DNA of 64,000 bases, from the NCBI RefSeq assembly GCF_001194135.2, contig NC_068989.1, forward strand, positions 55,565,820 to 55,629,819, read 5' to 3'. The position numbers and the translations under genes were made by a program. Positions 23,341 through 37,334 of this stretch are shown in pieces. Source of the stretch: Octopus bimaculoides (lineage: Eukaryota). The notes beneath the pieces were generated by a model. The model did no database searches, was not told the origin of the DNA, and worked only from the letters and a program-made list of their open reading frames with translations. Position 1 is the first letter of the stretch, and the number at the start of each line of letters is the position of its first letter.

Positions 23341-24002
23341 TAAGAGTACAACACAACTGATAACTAGTGTGATACAGATGAAATGTGAAGCAAGAAGTTT
23401 AATATGATCCACACTGCAGGTGATAGGGACCATGAAGGAGTATAAAACAGTTTAATCACCGTCATAACAACACACCAGAGACTATCCATAAGTCTTTGAT
23501 ACTAACTTTCTGCTATAAAGCAATCTAAGTTAAAAGCTTCCATCAAAATGCCATGCTAATTTATGTTCCAGCCACTAGCTACATAATAACCAAGTTGTGA
23601 TGAATTTTTCTTTATTTCCAAAATAATTGAAACAAAGACAGTGTATTTTAACGGTAGCAAAAGGATTAAACTTTATTCGGAAAGTGAGGACAAGGTAAGA
23701 GACAACGACAAGATAAAGTATCAAATGAAGAATTTTAACATTGACAGAAAGATCACTATTCAATACAATCACCGGTTATATTATATCAGTTTGTAAAACC
23801 GGAAATAATTTTCATTCTCAGAGTATAATGATATTTCACAGTAAATATATATATATTCCTAGATCTAATGGTTAAAAAAAATATGTAATCAACTGAGCAG
23901 GTCTTACATGAGAAATTAAGCTAAAGGTGAATTAATATAAATTATAACCATGATAAAACATTTGATAATATAAACACTCATGCCATAAACCTGTAGAAAA
24001 GT

Positions 24003-24085
24003 TTGTATGTATGTATGTATGTATGTATGTATGTATGTATGTATGTATGTATGTATATATGCACATGGATGGATGGATGGATGAT
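24003..24085. repeat. (TGTA)n and (TGGA)n tetranucleotide repeats
   Basis: Direct reading. Confidence 0.9.
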
Positions 24086-24320
24086 GATACAAGTCCTGCA
24101 AAGCATTAACAACAATATTACAGTACATGCAGGAGTCGGTACCAAGATGGCATTTACTATTTAGATATTAGGAACTTGAAAACAACTTTGAAGTGACTTG
24201 ACATTCAAGTAGCTGATACAGACCTGATGGTATGTACGATTGAGGAGAAGAAGCAGTAAGGTAGCACAAGCAAAAAGAACAGCTCTATTAACAGTGATTC
24301 AGCACTCTCTCTCTCTCTCA

Positions 24321-24364
<44 letters not shown>

Positions 24365-24707
24365 CAATTTCTTTATTAAATTTTCAAGGTGCAAGTTATT
24401 ACACTGGGCAGCCGGTTTAAAAGTGGACAGACGCAACATCAGATTGGATATTAATATGAAACAAACTGATGTGCATAGTTTCATTTCTACATTTCTTTTA
24501 ACACCTGGTAATTCAGTGTCCCACATGAAGACTAAACTAACCATTTGTTAGTCAACCATGTTTGCTCCAGTGAAGCCTCTACATCAGAGGTTCTCAACTA
24601 TTTTCTATTTATGGACCTCTTTGATTCTTATTTTATATCATAAATAGAAATTCTGTCAAGTATAGAAACAATAAACTGTCACATTAATACAAGTTAGAAA
24701 ACTACTC

Positions 24708-25005
24708 ACTGGTTAGAGCATCAGGTTCACAATCATGAGGTAGTGAGTTCGATTCTCGGACAAGGCTGTGTGTTGTGTCCTTGAGCAAGACACATTATTT
24801 CATGTTGTTCCAGTTCACTCAGCTGTAGAAATGAGTCGCAACACCACTGGTGCCAAACTGTATCAGCCTCTGCCTTTCCCTTGGATAACATCTGTGGCAG
24901 GGGGAGGGGAAGCTGGTATGCATCCTTGACCAGACTTGTGCATTGATGCATAACTTTCTAAGTGCAACCTTATGGTCATTCATGACCGAAAAGGGGAGAG
25001 GTCTT
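24708..25005 (+). mobile_element. SINE family A (CORE-type)
   Basis: Homologous to the reverse complement of 290-617 over its full length. Confidence 0.8.
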
Positions 25006-25129
25006 TACTTTTTTTTTTTAACCAGAAAAATATCACATTACAAAATACTGGAAAAGAGAATGTGATTCTTTTTTACTTTAAACACCATTTATTCTAATGA
25101 GTTGAGGCAATATCTATAGATTTCCTAGG

Positions 25130-26170
25130 CTTTGCTACACTGGGGTAAAACAGAGCTTGGATACTGCTTAATGCTCAGTTACAAGCTTTCGGAACTGTTA
25201 TTAAAGAGAAACAAAGTGGTAGGGGTGTTCCAGATGGATGTAATTCTGAAAAGGTAGAATATTGAGTCTGAGGTATGATATGATGCACACAGTGGTGGAA
25301 GATAGCATGGAGTGAAAGGAGTTGGTTTATTTAGCTTGTTACATACAATCAACAAATTTGAAGGAGTTGAGATATTTGTGGTAGTAGTAGAGGAGCAGAC
25401 AATACCTTAATGGGTGGGGTGGCTGATGAGAGTTGGTGAATAATAGTTTGTCTATTAAACAGATGGTGTTTTTCATAAACAGGATCCAGAATGTAAGAGA
25501 ATGAATCAAGAGATTCATCCATGATGTAAGAAATTTACTCCAGGAAAAAGGGTGAACTTCTACAATATATTTTGTCAGTAACCAATCAGGACATAAATAT
25601 TTCCAGACCATGAAAAAGAAACCCCAATCTTGGTAATTTGGGGATATTGTATTTAGGTGTCTTAAGAAGTCATGAAATTAATAATGAGCCCTTATTCTTA
25701 CACAGGATAAAACTGTTTTAATTGGGTGCTATGCTTTGCAAAAACAGTTGAGTGTATAGTGCTGTAGGTAAGTTTTCTTAAAAGCTATGATGTCTATGAT
25801 TTGTGCTATTGAATAACAAAGTTGTAATATCACAGTTGCAGGTTATTTTTAAGGTCTCTGTTCTTAGAGAATATGTACATCTGCCAAGAGGAATTAATGT
25901 TTCATGAAGATATCTGATTACAAAAGAGAGAGAGAAGTGTAAGTGGGGTGTCATCTACGTAAGTGTTCATGTGATTAGAGATGGCAGCGAATAGGTCATT
26001 AGTGTCAAGAAGGAAAATAATTAATGAGATTTTCAGCCCTGAGGCTGAAGACGGGTCTTTTCAACACATGCTAAGGTGGAGGCATCTGATAGAAGCTTGT
26101 GATCAAGCTTATTAGGGTTGGGTGGAGCCAAAAGACAAGAGAGTTTGCCAGCAGATTCTAATGCAAGAAA
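25130..26170 (-). mobile_element. decayed CR1/Jockey-group LINE (RT to C-terminus)
   Basis: Reverse-complement remnants LHPTLISLITSF, NDLFAAISNHMNTYVDDTPL (YADD-like), LGFLFH and SPFFLE*ISYIMD (like RPxLEYxSHIWD). Confidence 0.65.
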
Positions 26171-26659
26171 CAGTCAAGGTTTTTTTTTTATTGACATCAA
26201 AGATAAACAATTTTAATCAAACCTAAGTTTACAAAAAAAAAAAGAAAAGTCCATTGCATTTTCTAAGGGATCTAACTCAATAGAAATGATGCTGGTGATC
26301 ACTGAGAAATGGAAGATTCAAAATAATATAATCATTTGGAATTATTTCCATTATCTCATACATGTTGCAAGAGGAGCGCTTTAGGCTAAAACGGGCCACA
26401 TTGTTAAAGGTTTCCATACCAATATATATATATATGATATATTATGTGTCTTCATGTATGTATGTATGTATGTGTAATATACACACACATATATATATAC
26501 ATACTTCTTTTTGTGAGTCACACTTTAGTGTTTGAATCCATTGAATTTGTTCCGCTTTATAAGATTTTCTTTCTAAATCATTCAACACAAACTGGTGTCA
26601 TTCTGTTTTATTTTTTGCATTTGTCTCATACTGCTTTAATGAAATTGCTTGAAATTTTC

Positions 26660-27720
26660 TAAATCATCCAACAGTGTTTCAACTTTTTTACTGCAACAGT
26701 GTCTCTGTTTAGTTGTTCTGTTTGTCTTTTGTATTTGAAAGCTCGTTCTGCTTTCTTAATGCTTAACTATTGTCTGAATATTCATAAATTTTAGTGATTT
26801 GCAGTGCATTGCAACACTGATAAGAAATTTCTTTACTATTATCGTAGCCCAAACAGTTCTTTTGAGGTAAGTTACTGCCATACTATAAGAACAATGATAG
26901 TTAAGTCTGATTTGATTTTTTTCCACCAAGACCAATAAAAAATCTCTCTCTCTCTAAATTTTCAAACAAGATCTCCATTGACTTGCTGGAGTTCTGTTTA
27001 GTTTTTGTTATCAGAAGTTCATTCTGCTATCTTCGTTGTCTCATAAAGTTTTGAATGTTCATAAATTCAGATGATTCGCCCAGCATCACAACAGTCGTAA
27101 GGAATTTATGATGCTACTTTGGCATGTGGTCAACTGCAGTATCTATAGTCTATGCTTTGAAATGACTTGATCTGGGTTAGAGTTAGGAACACTTTGAAAT
27201 TATAGACTGAAAATTCAGAAGGCCAAGGTGTGTTAGTGCCTTCTCATATCTGCACAAGAAATGTTGTTCTTCATGAACTGCTGCTGCAAATCATGCCTGT
27301 ATAGTATTTTAAAAGTGATAAATAGAATTTTCTTATTTTCCTGTAATTTGGCCATTTTTATTTACTTCCTCATTCTCTAATAAACAACTTGCATCAAGTA
27401 ACTTTTTTAACAATATCTCCATCATTATTGATGGCTCAGGTGCTCTAGTGTCAAAATAAACACCCAAGAGAGAAAAAACAAAACTAAAAGTTTGCTGATT
27501 ATCACAGTCCATCTTAAGAGCACACTGTTTAAGAATTTTGGCTAGAATACCAGATACAAACATATAGTAAAAAATTTCCATATATGACAGCAATGTACAT
27601 ATATGGTGATTATAAACACAGGTTGCAGAATGACTAGGAAGGTGGTGTTTTATTGTGTGCACAACAAATTATCCACGAAACAGAATTCAGCAAAATGCTC
27701 AGGCTAGAGGCCGAGTTAGT
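26660..27720 (-). mobile_element. possible decayed hAT (ZMYM1-like) transposase relic
   Basis: SWIICCAHN resembles the hAT CxAH motif; remnants SFQSID/IDTAVD and KLYETTK; stop-poor 109-aa ORF at 27333-27662; no TIR found. Confidence 0.3.
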
Positions 27721-27867
27721 GACTGTGATGGTTTTGTCAGTTTAAACATAGATGAAATTTTAGAAATAAATAGAAATAAATTTTAAGAGTTCCCCAGTGA
27801 TGATAAACATAAATGACAACAGGAATTATCAAAAAATAACTAATATTTTTATCTGATTCATACTTAC

Positions 27868-27922
27868 TTGAAAATAATAAAGAGACATCAGTTCTAATTG
27901 TATCCAAAATTAAAACAGAATT
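27868..27922 (-). CDS. candidate 55-nt exon (NSVLILDTIRTDVSLLFS)
   Basis: Consensus donor gtaagtatg, acceptor ttatcttttcaag, open frame. Confidence 0.25.
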
Positions 27923-28739
27923 CTTGAAAAGATAAGTTTACCTGAATAAAAAAAAAAAACAAATGTAAGTTTGGAGAATTAAATATATATTAGTATTATT
28001 AGTAAACAGATATAAACAGAATTTAATGAAATGCTCGTACATCTTAAGAGATCATTTGAACAAGATTTCTAAAAAAGTAATGGAGAAAAATGCATAAGGC
28101 AGCAAAAGTAAAATCAATGTTTTCTTGTAAGAAAACCATAAAAGTTTGAAGAAAAGTATCTGCTTGATAAATTTCAGCAACCATTTACAGCACACTGATT
28201 GTTTACATGACCTAGATTGCTAGCAAGGACAGCAGATTGGCTATTTATTCTGTAATGAATATCAACAACATGGCTGACAAAGTAGTACAAATCACTGAGC
28301 TGTGAATAAATTTAGGGGAGGAGAAAGTGAGAATTACAAATTACCACCACCGTTGCCGCCGCCGTCATGACCACCATCTTCACTATTGTTGTTTCTGTTT
28401 GTTTTTCCCTCCCCATGATGGTGTACACAACCTAGGAAAAGCACATTATTTGTTTTGTAACCAGCTCTCTCCCTGAGTTTATTTATTTATATATTTATTT
28501 ATTTACTTTATACCACAATTAGTGAGCAATAGCATTGTTCTACACAGATTTCCAACAAGCCAATCTCTGGTTCACTGCATATCTGACTCTGAGAGTAAAT
28601 AGGGAGTGTCTAATTCAATGCAAGGAGCTACATTGGTAAAGCACTGTGTTATTTATTCATATTTTTTCTTGCAGATAGTTATATTCTATTCTGATATAAA
28701 TCAACGAAGGATCACACAATTTCACACACACACACACAC

Positions 28740-28905
28740 ACGCACGCACACAACAGACTTTTCACACATTTTCCATCAATCAAATTCCAAAGAATTTGGT
28801 CAACCCAAGGCTACAACAGAAGGCACTCACTCAACGTGTCATGGTGTAGGGCCAAACATGGAACTGACATGGTTGTGAAGTGAACTTTTTAATCATACAG
28901 AAATG
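28740..28905 (-). mobile_element. SINE family B, diverged 5' half
   Basis: Similarity to 19505-19690, next to a (CA)n tract. Confidence 0.55.
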
Positions 28906-30497
28906 CTGCCTGCAGCTGAATTGAGAGTTGAAACTGCTGGTCTCCTTGACTTATTGGATCCTTGTCAAACCATCTAACCCGTGCCAGCGTGGAACATGGA
29001 TGTTAAATGATGATGACGACGGCTCCTGACACTAAAAAGTAGCAGTCATTGCCCTGAAATGTGGTCTAGTCCTATGAATGTTCAAGATAAACATAGCATT
29101 GGTATATATGTGAACAAGCACAATAACAGTGATCAGGTGGCTTTACAAGGCAGCAACACTATAAGTAAACACACACACAAGTATCATATGCAAATGCGCA
29201 ATGCATATCAGTAAAATATAGAAAATTGCATAAAGCAAAGTAATTGGTGATTGGTAATTAAAAAACAGATTCTTGCAGCCTACAGACAACAGAGAGAAGT
29301 GGAAGTTAACAGGAAGTTCAAACAGACATACGCTGTTAGTCTATCATGCCACCATGCTTCATACCAGTAGAGACAGCAATAAAAATAACACATCAGATCT
29401 GCTTTTAAAGTAGATTAGCAGAAAGATACCTCTGTTTTCAGTTCAGTATGTTGTAATGAAAGAAAAGAGGGGAGGGGGGAAGACAGAAAATATACAATAA
29501 ACAAAAACGAAAACAACAATTTGAAGAATATGCACATCCTGCCTACTGAGACACATCAAGTAACTGGTGTGCTCCACCTCAAAAAAACATTGTGGACCTC
29601 CCCTTGGTGTATATGAGTGAGAGTGCATGTGTGTTGACATAACTGGTATATATGTTTTCCATATGAAACAACAAATAAAACAAAAGAAAATCTGATGAGA
29701 AACTGATGGTCAGAGCAAGATGTAACATGTACCGTATGATTCAGTTCCAGAGAACAGAGTCATTTCTGAAAAGCTATTATACTGACAATTAGAAACCTAT
29801 TTCAGCATGTGATTAGGTGAAATAAGGAAGAAAAACAAAGTTACAATAACCCTAATATCAGATGAAAATAATTGGCCTTTTCATATGAAACATAAACAAA
29901 CAGCTTAGATTGTTCTACAGCAGTGATACTACAATCAAGTTTCAATTCTCAATGGCCCCCACTTCATTTATTTTGCTAATACTCTTGAGATAGGTATCAA
30001 CATCACACAATCTCATTCGTCTTCACACCTAAAAGACCTAGGTAACAAAATATTTTAGAGTGAAAGAGATAGCTGAGACAATAGAACAGAAAGCTAAATG
30101 TTTTACGTAAATAGGTTTCATGTGTCATTATAATGTTCACATTCTTACAGTTCTAACTTTGCTTTCCAACTATCCATAATTTACCAGAATCAATTCAATT
30201 GAGAATGCTTTACTCATTCAAATAAAAACTTGTCTACCACATCATCATCTAAAGACAATCAGCAATAGAATATTTTCGAATTTGTTCTTACGTCTGTTTT
30301 TCTATGCTAGCATGAGTTAGATAAACATATATTATTGCTGTATTGTTTTACAACTGGATGCTCTTCATGTCACTAACCTTTGTAAATTTTCAGGGGATTA
30401 CTTATTTTACACATCTTCAAAAGCACTGAGCTAGTGGATGATTTGACATAGAAAATGAAAAACTTCCCTACTTGTGACTCAGTGCTTTTTATACTAG

Positions 30498-30499
<2 letters not shown>

Positions 30500-30547
<48 letters not shown>

Positions 30548-30700
30548 TCATGGCTGACTTCATACAGTTTCCATCTACTATCACTCACAAAGCATTAGTC
30601 AGCTCAGGCCTACAGTAGAAGACAAGCCAAAGGTGATGCACAATGTGACAGAATCTGAAATGTTTTAAAAGCAAAATTCTTAATCACACAACTATGTCTG
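30500..30700 (-). mobile_element. SINE family B 5' half with a (CA)n tract
   Basis: CAGTTTCCATCTAC..CACTCACAAAGCATT..CTACAGTAGAAGACA. Confidence 0.6.
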
Positions 30701-32402
30701 CACCTACTATAGTTAATATACTGATCATTATATTTGTAAGAAACAAAACAAAACATTTACTACAACAGCAACTACTCTTATGAATAAGGCTAAATTACAT
30801 ATCCACTCCACCCAGGCATATCCAACACACTTGCCACCTCCTCTTGTTACTCCTGCTGCGTCAATCTCCAGATCCTGCCATAAATACTTTGTTCCAATCC
30901 TTCTTCTTAAAATAGCTATGCTCTAGAATTTGCTCTCTACCCACGTTATTTCCTATAGACATTTCAGCTGAACATCAACCATACTGTTATCATCAGTCTG
31001 CAAAGGTCTACAAAAGTCATTAATATTAGCCCCCCCCCCCTCCACCTCTAACAAACTCAAATTTTGTTTTAGTCAACTTTGCCATTCCTTCCTCTGAGGT
31101 CAATAAATAAATATTAGTGATGTATGAATCACTACTGTCTTTGTCTTTTAAATCAATGATCTTATTTCAATATGAGAAATTATTATCAACATTATTATAG
31201 AAGTAGAGTTACCAGTAAGCACAGAGAAGTAACACAGAGATAATTTGAAGTTAGTATTTCAGTACATGATGATTTTGAGGTAGAAACTCTGCTAAGGTTG
31301 AGGTTGTCTTTCCAATTTCACATCAAAATATATATCAGTAATACAGTAATTAATCATATTCTTCAGGGTCAAATAATTGAAGAAAAATTTGTTGAAATAA
31401 AAACTAATCTAAAAATGAAAAGATACACTTTTGATTTCATTTGAGAAAGAAACAAGGCCAATTTTTGTAGCAAATGTACATTATCAATTTGGTCAGTTTA
31501 TTACTGATATATTCCATGGAAATATTTCAATATTGTATGTAATGAACAAACCACTAAATATTATTATGGCATTTAGCATTTTTTATTGATATGGTGAACA
31601 TAAATGAGTTGAATTTCAATTAGCCTCAATGCTGGGTACCTCCAATTTATGGTACTTCCTTAATTTTATACCTTTCATAATTCCTTGCCTGACTTAACTA
31701 TAAAACTGGTCAATGTCTTATATTTGCTGAGCCTTCAATTAGTAAAATAAATATGTTGGTAGTTCTTTTCATGGTTCAATGATGAACACAGAAATAAATA
31801 AAAAGAAAGCTAATTGCACTTGTCTTTAAAAGGTCATTGTTCTATGTTTCTTCCTGAATCACAAGATCAAGACAAATATACAAACATCTGTTACTTTTAT
31901 TCTTATCTGTACCACTTTATGTTTGCAAGCGGTATCACTCATATGGCAGTGACAGGTTTAAAGTCAGTAATCCTCTTATTAATTACTTACATCCTGTAAC
32001 CCTCACATACAAGATTCAAGTAAAAAAAACACAAAACGACATTGAAATCCAATTTTAAAGCACAATACCTCACATTGAAAGACTTCGTAACAATGGAACA
32101 ATTTTCTAAGGGTTTTTAAACAGAAATAGCTAAAATTTCAAAATTCCCATATAGACTGATAATGTTTGTAGTAATAATTGTCATACAATCCATATAAGGC
32201 TACAACAATGCACACAACTTAATTATCTCTGTCAAGAATTCTAATTGCATTATTTTTTTTTTCTCCTTCTAATTATCTTAGTAAGAAGAGAGAATTAAAA
32301 GTAGAAGAGAGGTTTTAAAAGCAACTAAATTACACTTGACTAAAATTTAACCCTACTTAGTGATTTCAAGTTACATTCTCTGATTCAGCAAAGAAAACAT
32401 AC

Positions 32403-32446
32403 TTTATAGCACCAAAAGCAAAGCAAGCACAACGGACGCAAACAAC
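32403..32446 (-). CDS. candidate 44-nt exon (frame ambiguous: CLRPLCLLCFWCYK or VVCVRCACFAFGAI)
   Basis: ttagacag acceptor, gtatgt donor, GC/CpG above the flanks. Confidence 0.2.
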
Positions 32447-34389
32447 CTGTCTAACCATGAATTAAACATTTACTGACCTTGTTGGTGCTAATATGAAAAG
32501 AGAACTATTAAAGTGCTAAATAAAAATACACTGCTGTAACAAGTATTCTTTAAGCCAATTGAGATTCCAACCTATCTAAAACAATTTTAAGCCTAAATCA
32601 ATGTTTTTAAGTGATTCATTAAAAAATGTTGATAATTGGGGTTGTAGTATTTATTATTTTCATAAGTATGATTCATGTTGAGTAAACTGACTAATATTTC
32701 TTCCAATTAAAAATATTTTGGCTAATACTCTATTAAACTCACAAAACTGACGATGTTTGGTCCAATCAAAAATTTTCATCCATCTTAACTAAAACATATG
32801 CATGAAAAAAAAAACACAACATAAACTATATTTGTTAAAAAAACACTGAAAAAAGAGAAAAAAAAATACTAAACAACATCTCATGTTAACTTCAATTTTA
32901 ACATTTATTTTCTTTGAATGCATGATGAAACAAAGTCTTTCTAAGAAAAAGAACCATTAAAGTAAACAAGGCAATCTTTCTGAAATGTTTTGCTCAATTT
33001 GATCCCCATGGATATATTCACAACCAGTTACAAACCTTGGAAAATTGACAAATTGCTACTGAACTTGGTAATAATTTGTTTTCAGTTAATACTTTACAAA
33101 GAAAATTAATAAACTACTAAAACATCTCACCTTAAGGCTCATGGCCTAATCTCGGGTTCTGTACATAAAAGCATCAATGATTATTTCTAAAGAATGTTTC
33201 TGATATAAGGCTTCTCTTAATATAAGTATGGTATTTACTACTTTTAGTTTATTTAAACAGTTCTATATTATTTTTCTATACCAGCACAGCTTAGTTGGTT
33301 TGAAGCAAGAAGTAAACTTATTTAATTTTTAAGTTCACAGTTGAATGGCTCCCAGTAGATAGGGCATCCAGCTGTAAAAACAATTGCTCCAAATGTCTCC
33401 AAATAGCCATAATCCCTCTCCCCTCAACAATAAGAAAAAAAATTGTTGATATAACACTAAAAAAATAAAAGAGAAAAAACATCATTATTAGCCGGCTCAA
33501 CGGAATATAGTTTAATGGTCTTCAAGTAATTAAAACTGTTTGTAACAAGAAGAGACAAACATAGCTGAACAATGATTAAATCAGCCAAACAAAGCCAAGG
33601 GAGACAACTCATTGTCACAGACATGACACCCTGAACCCAACAAGGAAATCAGCTATCCTTGAAATCCAGGAACCATAATCCACAGGAGAAAACAACTGTA
33701 CTATAAAATTTTAAAGTTGTGTTAAAGATGCACATTTCCCAGATCCACTATCTCCACTGTGAAGAAGACAGATCTAATGGCATGGATGACCTAAGATGAC
33801 TTATATCAATTGCCAGCTGCAGGAATCAGCCAGAAATCCAGTCTATCAGAACTGCCTTATAACCAACTACCACAGTTTCTTGGGGGTTTTTTTCTCTCAG
33901 AATAAACGTCCTCAGAGTTTATCTTCCTTGTCTTACTAACAAAGTAGCAGAGAAGTGCAGATAAGACTTCCACTACCCTACATTCTGTTAAATATGTTCT
34001 GATGAAAACTAGGGTTTTGTCACTCCTAAAAGTTGTCTTAATGAATGCTCATTTACCATCTCCTCTATTTCTATGCACATCAAAAGCAAAAGAATTTTTT
34101 TTTTTTTCCATTTGCAATAATGCCAAATGTAGGAGTTGCTTTCCAAACTAATCTTAAATTTTATTCCTCTAGAGCATAATTTCAGTATTTTGCTATTAAG
34201 GGACTTTTTTAATTCTTTTTTTTATATATATATTTCACACACACACATTTGTACTTAAACCTCACCTAATTTTTTTTGCTTTATCCTAGCATGCAGTTTT
34301 TCACAACTCACCAAAAAAAAAAAAAAAGAAAGAAAAAAACCAAAATTCCTCAAAATCAAATTCATAAATAAGCTTTTACAATTTTGTTT

Positions 34390-34440
<51 letters not shown>

Positions 34441-34570
34441 CAGACCTGAGAAAATTAATCATAATAGGCTTTGTGAGAGAGAAAGAACTATTTGTTAGAT
34501 ATAACACATTTAACATATTTCAGATGAAAATATAAAACAAATATTAACAACAATACTGAATCAAATAAAC

Positions 34571-34669
34571 CTGTAAATCTTTGCCTTTTCTTTCCCAAAC
34601 AACAGAGGATGACAATAAATTTCCAGGAATATTACAACAATTTCACCAGGATCTTTTAGTATATACAGC
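34571..34669 (-). CDS. candidate 99-nt exon (LYILKDPGEIVVIFLEIYCHPLLFGKEKAKIY)
   Basis: Acceptor ttctgcatttcaagccttcag, single open frame, symmetric phase; donor gtttat is weak. Confidence 0.28.
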
Positions 34670-34764
34670 CTGAAGGCTTGAAATGCAGAACAAAGGGTTG
34701 TTTGTTAGAGAAAAACATAAGAGTATGAGTGTATATAAAACATAATAGATAATAGACTATATAT

Positions 34765-34955
34765 ATCATCATCATCATCATCATCTAACATCTGTTTTCC
34801 ATGCTGACATAGGTTGGACAGTTTGACCGAAGCTGGTAAAGCTAAAGACCACACCAGACTCCATTGTCTGTTCTGGCATGGTTTCTAGGATTGGATGCCC
34901 ATCCTAATGCCAACCTCCACAGAGTGTACTGAGTGCTTTTTATGTAGCACCAGTA
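34765..34955 (-). mobile_element. RTE-associated 3' tail element
   Basis: (CAT)n, CTAACATCTGTTTTCCATGCTGACATAGG...GGATGCCCATCCTAATGCCAACC. Confidence 0.75.
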
Positions 34956-35294
34956 CTTTTATGTGAATTTATATATATATAAATAGTTGAAAAATTTCGT
35001 GTTAGGTATAAATATACCATAAACAAGTATAAATATATAATCAGCCAGTAGTTCATAAATCCAAAATGAAGTACATTCTAAAACATTAGAACAATAATAC
35101 TTAGAAAGTTGTAAATTATCGTTGGTCAGAGAGTGACCATTAGTTTTGCACCTATATAAAGCTCTTAGATGTATAGGTGACTCATGAAACTTGTTAACCA
35201 GAAGCACACAACTACTCTTCTACCTGTAGTCCTATGTTTATTTTTTCCAGTTTCTATTAGAAAAGGGAAATTATAAAAACTATATATATATATA

Positions 35295-35845
35295 ATCTTG
35301 GGAGTCAGGTGGTCAGATGTTAAGGGTGATGTGGTCGCAGAAATTGTCTGACAGCCATGACTGAGTTCTCCTGACATGGTGCAGAGTCCTGTGGCCAGAC
35401 ATAGGGTCTTCCACCAGCCACCCTCTTGACTCAGAGCAGCACTACCTCCTCCAGGCACTTGATGTAGGCTTCTGTGTTGAGCGTGAGGTCATGTGGGAAG
35501 ATGAATGGAGGCATAACATCACCACCACTAATGATCACTACAAACGCCATGATGTTGACTGGATGTTTGATTTTTATCACTCTTGGCATGTTTTGCGGAT
35601 ATATAAAGCCAGCGGTTGTACTGTGTGTTCACTATCTGTTCGTATTAGTACTTCCAGTGCAAATGCCAAGCAGTACAGCATGTCATTTCCAAATTTCTGG
35701 TAGAGTGAATTGCATCATGGTGCCTTTTTTCTTACAGACGGTGCCCAACTGACCCTACGATACTGTGTAGTCAACAAAATGAAAAACAATGCACATGCAC
35801 GAAATTAAAAACATGAAATAACAACAATTTACCCCTCACACCCTG
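35295..35845 (-). mobile_element. internally deleted Tc1/mariner element, maT (DD37D)-like transposase relic
   Basis: Left end TA|CAGGGTGTG at 35845; reverse complement reads KHPVNIMAFVVIISGGDVMPPFIFPHDLTLNTEAYIKCLEEVVLL*VKRVAGGRPYVWPQDSAPC..RTQSWLSDNFCDHITLNI*PPDSQD; truncated at (TA)n. Confidence 0.8.
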
Positions 35846-36226
35846 TATATATGACTGTCTTTTACTTTCATCTTTCTTCTACTACATTTTGTAAGGTTTT
35901 GATTGGCCCAGCACTATAGAAGACATTTGCCCAAAGTGCCACACAGTGGGAGTGGACTTAAAACTATGTGGCTGTGAAAAAATTTCAACCACACACCCAT
36001 ACTACATACATATCAACATCAAGGTTTTATGACTACTTTTTCATGCTGGTATGGGTAGGACTTTTTGGAGCAGTATTTTACAAGATACTGTTCCTGAAGG
36101 CAACCCTTTATATTTTCCACATATGGCAAACAAGTATAGGCTATACAATTTTGCAAAAACAAGATGTACATTGATAAACACTCACACACACACACGGATT
36201 ATTAAGTTCCTTGAAGCTAACTTTCA

Positions 36227-36379
36227 CAGCTGTCTACAAGCACTTTCTTGGAGCTTGCTTCCGCAGCCATCTACAAGCAAACTGACAATATTAATACCTC
36301 CATTTGTGCACATTTCAGAAGCTGGTGGATTCCCTGTCACCTCTACCTCCAAACACTTAACAAAGATTAATACATTACC
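36227..36379 (-). CDS. candidate exon, 51 open codons (GNVLIFVKCLEVEVTGNPPASEMCTNGGINIVSLLVDGCGSKLQESACRQL)
   Basis: GC above the flanks, open frame mirrored by an antisense ORF (36051-36419); splice sites only moderate. Confidence 0.25.
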
Positions 36380-37104
36380 CTATGATCAGGCACTTGCCAC
36401 CAGTAATTACGCAGGGTAGGCGGTTGGTGACGTTTATGTAGTAAAACACACACAAAAATAAGCGAAACACAGGCATGTGACTGAGTTGTAGGCAGATTTA
36501 CTTCTGCCTTTATAGTGCAGAAAGAAAATGTTGTTATAGGAATGTATACAGCACATGTACAACAGCAGTACTGTGCATAGTTTTAATACAGAGATTGAAA
36601 GGAAGGAGTGAATTATGCATACCTAATCTACAAAAAAGTATAATATTTTGCATTTTTATGCATAGTAATCAGAGTAACCTTCATAGTTTTATTGAATTAT
36701 GTGCACATTTTGCCATAAAAGGAAAATGTTACTATCGATCTATTTTATTCAGAGTAGGCCTACCCAGGTGGCACATCTCTGCCTATGATCACAGCAAAAT
36801 ACTTCTCAACTAGACTGTCAAAAAAAGGTAAATAAAACTTACATATTGTTTCATAATTATATAATTTTATGGATGAGTGCATATTATATTAAAGTTTTTT
36901 TTTACTTTAAAAACAATACAAAGCTGTCCCTGGGTTACCTTCAATGCAACAAACTTTTGGCATTAACAGATAAACTTCCCACACTATTAGTTTAATAAAT
37001 CAAGGGTTTATTATTGCCATCTCGCAAGAAAGGTTTATTTTGAGAAATAGCAGCCAAATCACTCTCAAACCACATCCTTCTGTATGTCAAGAAAGATCAA
37101 GAAA

Positions 37105-37334
37105 GGCGGTGAGCTAGCAGAAACGTTAGCACGCCGGGCGAAATGCTTAGCGGTATTTCGTCTGCCGTTACGTCCTGAGTTCAAATTCCGTCGAGGTCAA
37201 CTTTGCCTTTCATCTTTTCGGGGTCGATAAATTAAGTACCAGTTACGCATTGGGGTCAATCTAATCGACTTATTCACTTTGTCTGTCCTTGTTTGTCCCC
37301 TCTCTGTTTAGCCCCTTGTGGCCAATAAAGAAAT
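37105..37334 (+). mobile_element. young full-length SINE family C with tail type c and a 16-bp target-site duplication
   Basis: AAGAAAGATCAAGAAA at 37089-37104 and 37335-37350; CpG-rich head GGCGGTGAGCTAGCAGAAACG; ends AATAAAGAAAT. Confidence 0.92.

Noticed and set aside
37105-37190. tRNA-like A/B-box sequences as tRNA genes
   Set aside because: They are SINE heads continuing into core and tail; no complete cloverleaf.
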